From assembly GCF_000008625.1 (NCBI RefSeq), contig NC_000918.1, positions 360,001-392,000 of the forward strand: a stretch of 32,000 nt of DNA, given 5' to 3'. The notes under the pieces are model-generated. The model did no database searches and had not been told where the DNA came from. It saw nothing but the letters and a program-made list of their open reading frames with translations. The position numbers were made by a program, and so were the translations under genes. The stretch comes from Aquifex aeolicus VF5. Its GTDB lineage: Bacteria > Aquificota > Aquificia > Aquificales > Aquificaceae. Shown here piece by piece: positions 1 through 8,016 of this stretch (positions are counted from its first letter, which is position 1; every line of letters starts with the position of its first letter).

Positions 1-1632
1 CGTAATCGCGTAGCTTCCGCTCAGTTCAAAGCCGTAGAAGTATGCGTCTATGTTTGTGTAGGACATGGCTTTAGTGTTCTGGTTCATCATGTTTCCGCTG
101 GACGGTGCGGTTGCCCTGTAAACGTATATGTAATCTTTAACGTAACTGAGGAAAGTTCTCAGTTCCCCACTGTACCTTTCTCCAGTTAGTTTTATTCCGA
201 GGTCAAGTTCGTTGTTCCTCTCTGGGTCCAGTTTGGGATTTCCCACCCAGTCTCCCATCGTATTTTCCATTTTTCCCATCCTGTCGAGGGCAAAGTAGCG
301 TTCCTGAGGATCGGGAACCCTGACCGCCGAACCTAACCCTGCAAAGAGCTCAATTCCCTCCTTCAGTTCGTAGAACACCTGAACGTTTCCCGAGGGATAC
401 ACGTCAGTTTGAGAAGTGTCGGTGGTGTTGTGGTAATGTCTGTAGAGGTTTATATTTGCCTTTCCTGAATCCGCTTTTGTCTTGGACCAGTCAAGTCTGA
501 GCCCTGCGACGAGTCTAAGCTTCGGAGATAGCTTTTTCCTGTATTCCCCGTAAAGTCCGAAGTTGTAAACGTCAACGTCGGGAATCGTGTTCTGAGTTCT
601 GTACATTCCCATGTTTCTCATGTACATGGTTGTTTGTGCTTTCCAATACCTGTAAAAAGTATCAATACCGAAGCTGAAATCTCCGAAGCTGTATTCGCCT
701 TTAAAGCCGTAAACCTTTGACTTTGCGTAGGTTCCCATTGTATACCCGCGGGGTGCGTTCTGAGATATTACCCTTTTTGGGTTTGTCATCCAGTGTCTGA
801 CGGAAGAACCGTATAGTTGGGCCTTAAACCTCTTCCCTTCAAGTCCTAAGTTTACCCGGTCCACCTCGTCATATATTCCATCCATCATAAGGTAGGGGTA
901 GAGTACGTCTGTAGCCCTCTGGTGTGCGTAATCAAGCTTAAACTTCACACCATCCGTAATCTTGTACCTGAGTTTTGCCCATGCCGTGTGTATGTTAAAG
1001 GCTGTAGAATCCCTTTCGTCCTGAGAGTAAGCTGAAGGGTTGCCCGAGGGGTATATCTCCGTTATCTTTCTACCTTTTCCGTCTTCATAGGGCTTTCCGA
1101 ACCTGAAAGCGTATCCTATCAGGAATGAGAGTCTGTCTTTTCCGTAAGAGAAGTAAAAGGAAGGGTTAATAGTGCTCCAGTTGTCCGCGTAAGTGGTTAT
1201 CCTTCCTTCCATTCCCTCTTTGGGTTCTTTGGTTTTGACGTTAACCGTTCCTCCTACCGCTCCGTAATTTCTAACGTCAAAGGGACCTTTTATGACTTCA
1301 ACACTTTCAACTTCAGAAAAGTCCACGTGGAATATTCCCGGATCCATCCTGTTTGGACAAGCGTTGTAAACCCTTGCTCCGTCAAAGAGCTGGTTTACCT
1401 CGTCCTTTTTAAATCCCCTGATTACAACGTCGTTCGCTATGGCACCCTTTCTTACTTTCCAGACTCCGGGAATGTTGTACTCAAGTGCTTCTCCCACGTC
1501 CTTCGCAGGCAGTTCCCTCACCACGTCTTCGGTCAAAACTTCTCTCTTTCCGATAACTTGAATTTCTTCAAGGTTCACTTCCTGAGCAAAGGCAACCGAA
1601 AACAGCGCTCCTAAAAGCAGAGTTCTCTTCAT
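1..1632 (-). CDS. TonB-dependent outer-membrane receptor, 5' portion (544 codons); the 3' end lies beyond the window start
   Basis: Absent from the ORF track because no stop falls in the window. My reverse-strand translation from the ATG at 1632 gives MKRTLLLGALFSVAFAQEVNLEEIQVIGKRE...DVVIRGF...ARVYNACPNRMDPG...VESVEVIKGPFDVRNYGAVGGTVNVKTKEP, i.e. a signal peptide plus a plug domain. The same frame is still open at bases 60-1 (YTNIDAYFYGFELSGSYAIT, barrel-like). GGAGG lies 6 nt upstream of the ATG (rc of 1639-1643). Confidence 0.85.
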   Translation of the reverse strand, partial: MKRTLLLGALFSVAFAQEVNLEEIQVIGKREVLTEDVVRELPAKDVGEALEYNIPGVWKVRKGAIANDVVIRGFKKDEVNQLFDGARVYNACPNRMDPGIFHVDFSEVESVEVIKGPFDVRNYGAVGGTVNVKTKEPKEGMEGRITTYADNWSTINPSFYFSYGKDRLSFLIGYAFRFGKPYEDGKGRKITEIYPSGNPSAYSQDERDSTAFNIHTAWAKLRYKITDGVKFKLDYAHQRATDVLYPYLMMDGIYDEVDRVNLGLEGKRFKAQLYGSSVRHWMTNPKRVISQNAPRGYTMGTYAKSKVYGFKGEYSFGDFSFGIDTFYRYWKAQTTMYMRNMGMYRTQNTIPDVDVYNFGLYGEYRKKLSPKLRLVAGLRLDWSKTKADSGKANINLYRHYHNTTDTSQTDVYPSGNVQVFYELKEGIELFAGLGSAVRVPDPQERYFALDRMGKMENTMGDWVGNPKLDPERNNELDLGIKLTGERYSGELRTFLSYVKDYIYVYRATAPSSGNMMNQNTKAMSYTNIDAYFYGFELSGSYAIT

Positions 1633-1654
1633 ATCCCACCTCCGTTCATCTTAT

Positions 1655-1700
1655 GTTAATTTTAACAAATTTTTAAACATAATTTAACGTTAAATTTAAC
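1655..1700. promoter_or_regulatory. Candidate shared operator/promoter region between the divergent receptor and tonB genes
   Basis: The spacer 1633-1701 is 69 nt and AT-rich. It holds a perfect 16-bp palindrome AATTTAACGTTAAATT at 1681-1696 and an inverted repeat GTTAA-tt-TTAAC at 1655-1666. The word AATTT(T)AAC occurs three times, starting at 1658, 1681 and 1693. Confidence 0.35.
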
Positions 1701-1701
1701 A

Positions 1702-2493
1702 TTGATGGGAGCCAAATACTCCTTCCTCGGATACTTGCTTTCTGGTCTCCTCCACGGAGCCCTGTTATTTTCCTTGACACACGCAGGTTTAGAAGTGCGC
1801 GAACAAAAATCAAAAGAACCCGTAGGACTTTCCCTGAAAACCTTGCAGATCAAAAAGGAAGAGCCAAAGACGGTAAGTACGATTAAGAAATCTGAGAAAA
1901 AGACAATCAAGAAGGAACAAAAAGTTGTGAAAAAGCCCAAAAAAACTTTTAAGAAAAAATACAAGAAAAGACATAGAAGAAAAATCGTAAAACCTAAAAA
2001 ATACGCTGTTAAGAAAATACACAAAACGGAAAAAGTAAAAAATGTAATTGCACAAAAACCAAAAAAGGTTACAAAATTAACAGAAAAGAAAGTTATTCAT
2101 GAAAACAATTTAGGCTTACACGGAAAAACTAATGTACTGGAAGGGAGTCCAGTAAAAAGAATAAACACTTATGAGCAAATTACAGTCGCTAAAAAGACAG
2201 AATTTTCGTATAAAAAAGAATTTTTGAAAATCAATTTTGAAAAAATCAGAAATTACGTTCAGGAAAGGATAAAGTACCCTTACATAGCGAGGCGTATGGG
2301 GTGGGAAGGGAAAGTAATCCTTGAGATTATACTCTCAGAAAAAGGGTGTGAGAGCGTAAGGGTTGCCCACTCAAGCGGTCACAAGGTTTTGGACAGAAAT
2401 GCGGTGGAGACGGTAAAGGCTCTTTGTGGGAAGTTTCCAAAACCCAGAGAAAAGATAAGGTTAAGGCTTCCAATATCCTATGTGCTCAGATAA
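1702..2493 (+). CDS. tonB: TonB family energy-transducer protein
   Basis: 263-aa ORF with TTG at 1702 followed immediately by ATG at 1705. It has an N-terminal TM helix carrying the S-x3-H motif (LLSGLLHG), a long Lys-rich linker, and a C-terminal TonB-C domain (YPYIARRMGWEGKVILEIILSEKG...HKVLDRNAVETVK). Confidence 0.8.
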   Translation: MMGAKYSFLGYLLSGLLHGALLFSLTHAGLEVREQKSKEPVGLSLKTLQIKKEEPKTVSTIKKSEKKTIKKEQKVVKKPKKTFKKKYKKRHRRKIVKPKKYAVKKIHKTEKVKNVIAQKPKKVTKLTEKKVIHENNLGLHGKTNVLEGSPVKRINTYEQITVAKKTEFSYKKEFLKINFEKIRNYVQERIKYPYIARRMGWEGKVILEIILSEKGCESVRVAHSSGHKVLDRNAVETVKALCGKFPKPREKIRLRLPISYVLR

Positions 2494-3126
2494 CCTGTTT
2501 CTGTAGCAGGGAAGTTCTTTCTTCATCGCGTACCTGAGTTTTTCTTCCGCCATCACCAGGATGGGCTCGAGTTTTTCGCGAAGAGCTATCAGCACTTTCT
2601 CATCGGGTTTTTCCTGCATGAGTTCCAGAGAAACTGCGTTAAAGAGGGCTTCTGCCATGCCAAAATCAAAGGGAGCACAGTACTTTCCTTCGTGATTTCT
2701 TAAAAACTCAACTCTCCTTTTTAGGGAAAAGTAATCGACGAGTTCTATAAACTTTTCCTTTTCGTAATGCTTTTCGTAAAAACATTCATCCATAATACCA
2801 TCGCAGTACTCTTCGAAGTAAACCCTCGGTTCAAAAGTTATTAACTCCGTTAAGGGTTCTCTCTCCGTGTAAGCACCCCTCACCGCCTTTTTAGTGTTCT
2901 TACTCATTAACGTAAACAAGGTCTTTATCCTGTCTTCTTTGTATTCCACCGCGTAAAGCTTTATCGCTTCGTAATACCCCTTTACCTTCCCGTAGAGGTA
3001 TGGTGTTTCCTCCTTTGCGTTTGCATCTTTCAATTGAGAAAAGAGCGATTCGGCTCTGAGGAGGTAATCGCTTACGAAAGAAAATGAAATTCCGAACAGG
3101 ATAATTAAAAGTAGAAACCTTTTCAT
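2461..3126 (-). CDS. Hypothetical exported protein
   Basis: The track ORF is 2461..3132 with a GTG start. I prefer the ATG at 3126 (MKRFLLLIILFGISFSF, signal-like) because AAGGGGG lies about 5 nt upstream. The rest is charged and helical with 4 Cys. I recognise no family. Confidence 0.55.
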   Translation of the reverse strand: MKRFLLLIILFGISFSFVSDYLLRAESLFSQLKDANAKEETPYLYGKVKGYYEAIKLYAVEYKEDRIKTLFTLMSKNTKKAVRGAYTEREPLTELITFEPRVYFEEYCDGIMDECFYEKHYEKEKFIELVDYFSLKRRVEFLRNHEGKYCAPFDFGMAEALFNAVSLELMQEKPDEKVLIALREKLEPILVMAEEKLRYAMKKELPCYRNRLSEHIGYWKP

Positions 3127-3141
3127 ATCCACCCCCTTAAA

Positions 3142-4284
3142 TTAATCTATCACGATAGCGTGCAGACACTTTAAGTAAAGGCTTTCGGGAAAAGTAGGTA
3201 AGTAAGGGTGGTCTATCGGCTGGAGGTTCAGGGATTTTATTATTATCCTTCGTTTTACATCCGTTGAGGCGAGTCTTACCTGTCTAATCATCTCCTCAGA
3301 ACTTATTTGGTAGGTACAGGAGCATATAAAGAGGCTTCCTCCCTTTTTTAGTTTCTGGAAGGAGTAGTAAGCCAATTTCCATATAGCCCAGAGGATGCTT
3401 TCCTTTTCCTTTTTCGTTTTCGCAATTGCTGGCGGATCCGCTATTATAAGATCCCATTCCTCTTTACTTTCCTGTATAAAATCAAAGGCGTTTCCGAGTA
3501 CAAAGTCTGCTTTTACGGAGTTCAGTTTTGCATTTTCCCTTGCGAGTTCAACAGCCCTCTTGTTAATGTCAACCCCCACCACCTTAGCGCCCCTGTTTGC
3601 ACAGTAAACGGAAAATCCCCCCGAATAACAAAAGAGATCAAGAACTCTATCCCCTTCCTTAACTAGGTTCCTTACATACTCCCTGTTGTCCCTCTGATCC
3701 AGATAAAAACCCGTTTTTAGCCCCTCCACTACGTCAACGAGAAACTTAAACTCTCTCTCTTCAATAATCAGTGGATTTTCCAGCTTTCCGTAGAGGAGTC
3801 CTTTAAACTCTTTTAGTCCCTCCTCCCTTCTCCCTTTAAAGTCGCTCCTCTCGTAAACAAATGCGGGATTGAATTCCTCCACGAGAGTCTTTAAGACTTT
3901 CTCTTTTAAAATCTCCATAGGATAACTCCTCACCTGAATTACAAAGGCGTCTCCGTACCTGTCTATTATTAGTCCGCTCAAGAGGTCGCTTTCCGAAAAG
4001 GCAAGTCTGTAGGCGTTTGAAGGAATGTCTCTTCTCAAAAGTTCACTTTCCCTTAAACGTCGTTTAAAAAATTCTTCATTGACTTCTTCCCTTTCGTAGG
4101 AAAGAACCCTAAAGGCTATCCGTGAGTAGGGAGAGTAAGTTCCCAGAGCAAGAAAATTACCTTCACTGTCGTAGAGTTCCGCTACTATCCCTTCTCCTTC
4201 AATTTTCTCTACTTCATCCCTGAAGACCCAAGGGTAGAAGTGCTTTACTTTCTTTTCTTTTCCCTTCTTTAAAAACACTTTCAT
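3142..4284 (-). CDS. rlmI: Class I SAM-dependent rRNA (cytosine-C5) methyltransferase, RlmI/YccW-like (PUA + MTase)
   Basis: 380 aa. The N-terminal region is PUA-like. The SAM-binding motif is VLDLFCYSGGFSVYCA, with ADPPAIAK and the catalytic-Cys context LFICSCTYQIS. Confidence 0.75.
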   Translation of the reverse strand: MKVFLKKGKEKKVKHFYPWVFRDEVEKIEGEGIVAELYDSEGNFLALGTYSPYSRIAFRVLSYEREEVNEEFFKRRLRESELLRRDIPSNAYRLAFSESDLLSGLIIDRYGDAFVIQVRSYPMEILKEKVLKTLVEEFNPAFVYERSDFKGRREEGLKEFKGLLYGKLENPLIIEEREFKFLVDVVEGLKTGFYLDQRDNREYVRNLVKEGDRVLDLFCYSGGFSVYCANRGAKVVGVDINKRAVELARENAKLNSVKADFVLGNAFDFIQESKEEWDLIIADPPAIAKTKKEKESILWAIWKLAYYSFQKLKKGGSLFICSCTYQISSEEMIRQVRLASTDVKRRIIIKSLNLQPIDHPYLPTFPESLYLKCLHAIVID

Positions 4285-4313
4285 GATGTCATTAAAAAAG
4301 TAAATTTTAAATT

Positions 4314-5306
4314 ATGGACGAAGGTGTTAAGGAGAAATTTATCGGTGCGGTTCTCGGAGCTGCTGTGGGAGACGCCCTCGGAAAAAGCGTTGAAGACATA
4401 ACAGAAGAAGAGGTATTTGAGTTTTACGGTGACAGGATAAGGGACTTTGTAACTCCTCACCCTTCCAGTCCTGCGTACGGACAACTCCCGGAAGAGACCT
4501 CCGACGAGACCACGATATTCAGGCTTTTACTCGAGAGCCTGGTTGAAAAGAAAGCCTTAGACGTCAGGGACTTTTTAAACAGATTGATGGAGTGGTACGA
4601 CAGGGAGGAAATGCATAGATACCCTGACCCTATGCTTCTTACCGCCATAGACCTCCTTTCCAGAGGTATAAATCCATCCACTCACGGACTTACTTCCTTT
4701 TCCGTTGAGGGGATTTTAAGGAGCGTTGCCCTCGGACTTTATCACTACTACAACCCGGAACTTGCAGCGGAAGGGAGTAAAGTGGTTTCTCTCCTAACTC
4801 ATAGGAGTGATGTCATTTCCGACGCTTCCGCTATTTTGGGAGCTCTGATAGCCCACCTTGTGAGGGGAGATTTTTATCTGGAGGACTTTCGTGAAAAGTT
4901 AAGACTTATAGAAACCTTAAAGGATTACGCGAAGGAAGAAAAACATAAAAAAATTCTCGACAGAGTTGCGGAACTCCTTATGGAAAGTGCGGACTTAGAA
5001 ACCGCCATAAATACGCTGGGAAACGGTACCTTTGCTTTTGAAGCATTTCCCTTAGCACTCTACATATTCCTTTCCAACGTTGAAAATCCAGAAGAGGCTC
5101 TCTTTCAGGCTGTAAACTCTTACGGGGAGTTCGGGGGAGATACGGACGCGATAGGATTTCTCGTAGGAGCAATGCTCGGAGCATATTACGGCGAGGAGGC
5201 CATTCCCTACCACTTAAGAGAAAACGTAGAAAACTCCCAGAAATTGAGGGAACTTGCAGAAAGGCTCTACGAGGTAGTGGAGAAACAGGTGGGCTTTAGC
5301 CAATAA
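4314..5306 (+). CDS. ADP-ribosylglycohydrolase family protein (DraG/ARH-like)
   Basis: 330 aa. Family signatures are GAVLGAAVGDALG near the N-terminus and GGDTDAIGFLVGAMLGAYYG near the C-terminus. Confidence 0.8.
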   Translation: MDEGVKEKFIGAVLGAAVGDALGKSVEDITEEEVFEFYGDRIRDFVTPHPSSPAYGQLPEETSDETTIFRLLLESLVEKKALDVRDFLNRLMEWYDREEMHRYPDPMLLTAIDLLSRGINPSTHGLTSFSVEGILRSVALGLYHYYNPELAAEGSKVVSLLTHRSDVISDASAILGALIAHLVRGDFYLEDFREKLRLIETLKDYAKEEKHKKILDRVAELLMESADLETAINTLGNGTFAFEAFPLALYIFLSNVENPEEALFQAVNSYGEFGGDTDAIGFLVGAMLGAYYGEEAIPYHLRENVENSQKLRELAERLYEVVEKQVGFSQ

Positions 5307-5315
5307 AATTAAAGT

Positions 5316-6295
5316 ATGGAAACCACTCTGGGCGAAATAGCAAGGATTATCAAAGGAGAACTGAAAGGAAACCATAATATAAAAATCAAGGGCATTTCCA
5401 CACCCGAAAACCCAAAAGAAAACACTGTAGTGTTTTGCAGAAACATGGAAGAAGTGGAAAAGGCGAAGGAGAAAGCGTCCGCGGTTGTAACTCAAGAAGA
5501 AGTTAAAGACTTCCCGCACATAAAAGTAAAGGACGTAAAACTCGCCCTTGCTGAGTTTCTTGAGCACTTCTTTCCAGAAGAGCATCCCTGGGGATTTCTC
5601 AGAACGCCAGCATCGGAGAAGGAGTTGAGATAGGAATGGGGAGTTTTATCGGAGACTTTGTCGTGATTGGTAAAAACGTAAAAATAGGAAGGAACGTAAA
5701 GATTTATCCCTTTACTTACGTAGGAGATAACACCGTTATAGGTGATAACACGGTTATATTCAGCGGAGTGCATATATACAGGAACACGGTTATAGGCAGA
5801 AACGTCAGGATTCACAGCGGGGCTGTTATAGGAGCGGACGGGTTTGGCTACCACATAACTCAGGAGGGGATTAAGAAAATTCCTCACATAGGCGGTGTGA
5901 TAATAGAGGACAACGTGGAGATAGGGGCAAACACCACGATAGACAGGGCGTTGATAGAAAACACTTTAATCGGTAAAAACACGAAGATTGACAACCTCGT
6001 TATGGTGGCTCACAACTGCAAGGTGGGAGAGAATAACATACTCGTTTCTCAAGTAGGTCTTTCAGGAAGTGTAAAAACAGGAAAAAACGTAATTCTTGCA
6101 GGACAGGTGGGAGTAGCGGATCACGTGGAGATAGGGGACAACGTCATCGTCACAGCAAAGTCGGGAGTGGCGAACAACCTCGCTCCAAACAAAACTTACG
6201 GTGCTAACCTGCCGGCAATTGAGTGGAGCAGGTGGAAGAGGATATACGTCTACCTTTTAAGACTTCCAGAACTCTTCAAGAAGATAACTACCTGA
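5316..6295 (+). CDS. lpxD: UDP-3-O-acylglucosamine N-acyltransferase (LpxD), interrupted by a 1-nt frame change near 5589-5594 (track ORFs 5316..5633 and 5636..6295)
   Basis: The N-terminal ORF resembles the LpxD uridine-binding domain. The second ORF is left-handed beta-helix hexapeptide repeats ([13 protein letters not shown]...GADGFGY...[20 protein letters not shown]...VAHNCKVG). The second frame is open upstream to 5564 and there reads [15 protein letters not shown], so the repeats continue before the listed ATG. Confidence 0.8.
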
Positions 6296-6296
6296 A

Positions 6297-7154
6297 ATGT
6301 TAAGGGCTTACATATTTTACAGGCTTGTAAAGAACACCTTACTGACCGCCTTTATACTTTCCTTAATACTCCTCACACTTCAGCTTACCCGTCTTAGTAA
6401 TGTGCTTTTCGGTATTCCCTTTAAAGACTTTATGGGCTTTCTTGTGGTGTGGAACGCTTACTACACTTACTTTTTCATACCAGAAGGTGTAATACTTTCA
6501 ACCTTTTTCCTGATGAAACACTTCAAGGACAAGAAATTACTCCACGTCTTTTACTCCTTCAGGATTTCCGACTTCAGGATTTTCCTTTATTGTTCTATCC
6601 CATTTTTAACTTTTTTCCTAATAAGCGCTTTGCTTTCCAACACGCTTTTGGAAGAAAAGGTAGCCTTTACGCGTAAGAACATGCTCTTTAAGCTCCAGGA
6701 GAAGTTTTTTAGTGAAGTTCCCGCGGGAACCTTCGTCAGCTTCGGAGCTGTAGTTCTGCATGCGGAAAAGAGGGAAGGAAATACCCTAAAAGAAGCCTTC
6801 TTTAAGTTCGGCGATATTACGGTTCTTTCAGAGTATTTGAAGTATAAGGGAAACGGAGTGTTTGAATTCAGAAGAGGAACGGTGATAACAGAAGAGGAAA
6901 ACTACTTTGTCGTAAAGTTTAACGAGTACACACTCAATTTAAAGCAATTTCAGAAGAAAAAACTCCGTGAAAAACGTCTTAAAGAGAGCAAAGTAGTTAA
7001 TTACGTAAACGTTGCTACACTCCCCTTATTCTTTTTCCTGAGTTTTACAGTAGCCCTGAAGTTCTGCCACGGAGGGCTTTCTTACTACGCATTCGCGTCT
7101 CTCTTCATAGTTGTACACCAGTTGATAATTTTTGTGGTGAAATTAATGCTTTAA
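6297..7154 (+). CDS. LptF/LptG (YjgP/YjgQ)-family permease-like membrane protein, unusually short
   Basis: 285 aa. The layout is three N-terminal TM helices (MLRAYIFYRLVKNTLLTAFILSLILLTLQL...), a roughly 110-aa soluble beta-rich insert, then C-terminal TM helices. The ATG is 1 nt after the lpxD stop. The family call rests on architecture and N-terminal pattern only. Confidence 0.5.
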   Translation: MLRAYIFYRLVKNTLLTAFILSLILLTLQLTRLSNVLFGIPFKDFMGFLVVWNAYYTYFFIPEGVILSTFFLMKHFKDKKLLHVFYSFRISDFRIFLYCSIPFLTFFLISALLSNTLLEEKVAFTRKNMLFKLQEKFFSEVPAGTFVSFGAVVLHAEKREGNTLKEAFFKFGDITVLSEYLKYKGNGVFEFRRGTVITEEENYFVVKFNEYTLNLKQFQKKKLREKRLKESKVVNYVNVATLPLFFFLSFTVALKFCHGGLSYYAFASLFIVVHQLIIFVVKLML

Positions 7155-7787
7155 GAGGTTTTTGAGGCCATCTACCACGAATTGAACGGATATAGCCAGA
7201 AGGAGTATGCCCGAAATTCTCGTGATTAAGTTAATACCGGTCCTTCCGAGCACTCTGTAGAAGAATGTACTCAGAGAGTAAACAACAAAGGCGGTAAAGG
7301 AACTCAAGAAAATGGCACAGAAAAGGGCTACTTTTCCCTCCAAAGTGTTTAAGTACCCCCTCAGGACGAGAACCGTAGTTATGGAGCCTGGTCCAGCAAG
7401 TAGAGGCATGGCGAGGGGAATGAGGGCTATGTTATCTCTGCGAAGGGCAGCCTCAATTTCGTGAGCTTTTCCCTTTTCTTTTGTAACCTCTCCCTGAACT
7501 AAGTTAAGGGCTATAAGAAAGAGTAAGATACCACCGCCTACTTTAAAGGCTGGAAGGGTAATCCCCATAAATCTGAAGAGTAAATCCCCGCTTATTAAGA
7601 AAAAGGTGAGTATGAAGAAGGCGTAAACACTCGCCTTCAGAGCAATAACCCTAATTTCTTCCTTTGAATACTCGTTCATCAGTGATATAACGACAGGAAC
7701 GCTGGAGAATGGGTTCATTATCGCGAGCAAAGATAGGAAAGCTTTTACGAAAAGAACCCCAAATTCCTCCATCCAGGTTATTATCAT
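7143..7787 (-). CDS. marC: MarC family (UPF0056) integral membrane protein
   Basis: 214 aa, polytopic, with the NPFSSVPVVISL motif typical of the MarC family. An alternative start at 7772 (MEEFG...) is possible. Confidence 0.8.
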   Translation of the reverse strand: MIITWMEEFGVLFVKAFLSLLAIMNPFSSVPVVISLMNEYSKEEIRVIALKASVYAFFILTFFLISGDLLFRFMGITLPAFKVGGGILLFLIALNLVQGEVTKEKGKAHEIEAALRRDNIALIPLAMPLLAGPGSITTVLVLRGYLNTLEGKVALFCAIFLSSFTAFVVYSLSTFFYRVLGRTGINLITRISGILLLAISVQFVVDGLKNLLKH

Positions 7788-7791
7788 ACAT

Positions 7792-8010
7792 ATGGAGGAT
7801 TTTGAAAAAATTCTCCTGGAACTTGAAAATGATAACGTAAGGCACCTGCCCTACTACCTTTGCAGGGACATACTCTCCGAGGTCAAGTTTTACCTGGAAA
7901 ACGGGAGCGTAGAACTCAAAAAGGTGGAGGAACTTCTCTACCTCCTTTCTCTCAACCCTATGGCGAGGGAGGAAGTAGGGGAAATCCTTAGGGACTTTCT
8001 CTTAAGATAA
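7792..8010 (+). CDS. Small hypothetical protein (72 aa)
   Basis: This ORF fills the only gap between marC and apgM. It is acidic and helical with no recognisable family and no SD. Confidence 0.35.
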   Translation: MEDFEKILLELENDNVRHLPYYLCRDILSEVKFYLENGSVELKKVEELLYLLSLNPMAREEVGEILRDFLLR

Positions 8011-8016
8011 ATACTT

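Noticed and set aside
1662-2055. Two long antisense ORFs (1662..2024 and 1810..2055, minus strand), plus the periodic A-rich DNA, which might be read as a repeat array
   Set aside because: They are mirror artefacts of the Lys-codon-rich (AAA/AAG) tonB linker. Their translations are Phe/Leu-rich low-complexity sequence. There is no spacer-repeat periodicity of the CRISPR kind.
5585-5597. Programmed -1 ribosomal frameshift as the explanation for the lpxD split
   Set aside because: The junction (cc-ctg-ggg-att) is not an X-XXY-YYZ slippery heptamer. tRNA-Trp cannot re-pair in the -1 frame, and I saw no obvious downstream stimulatory hairpin. An indel or sequencing error in the G-run is more parsimonious. 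The split itself is still reported as a finding.
5726-5761. Tandem 18-nt direct repeat (gataacaccgttataggt / gataacacggttatattc)
   Set aside because: It encodes consecutive hexapeptide turns ([12 protein letters not shown]) of the LpxD left-handed beta-helix. This is ordinary protein-level periodicity, not a DNA element.
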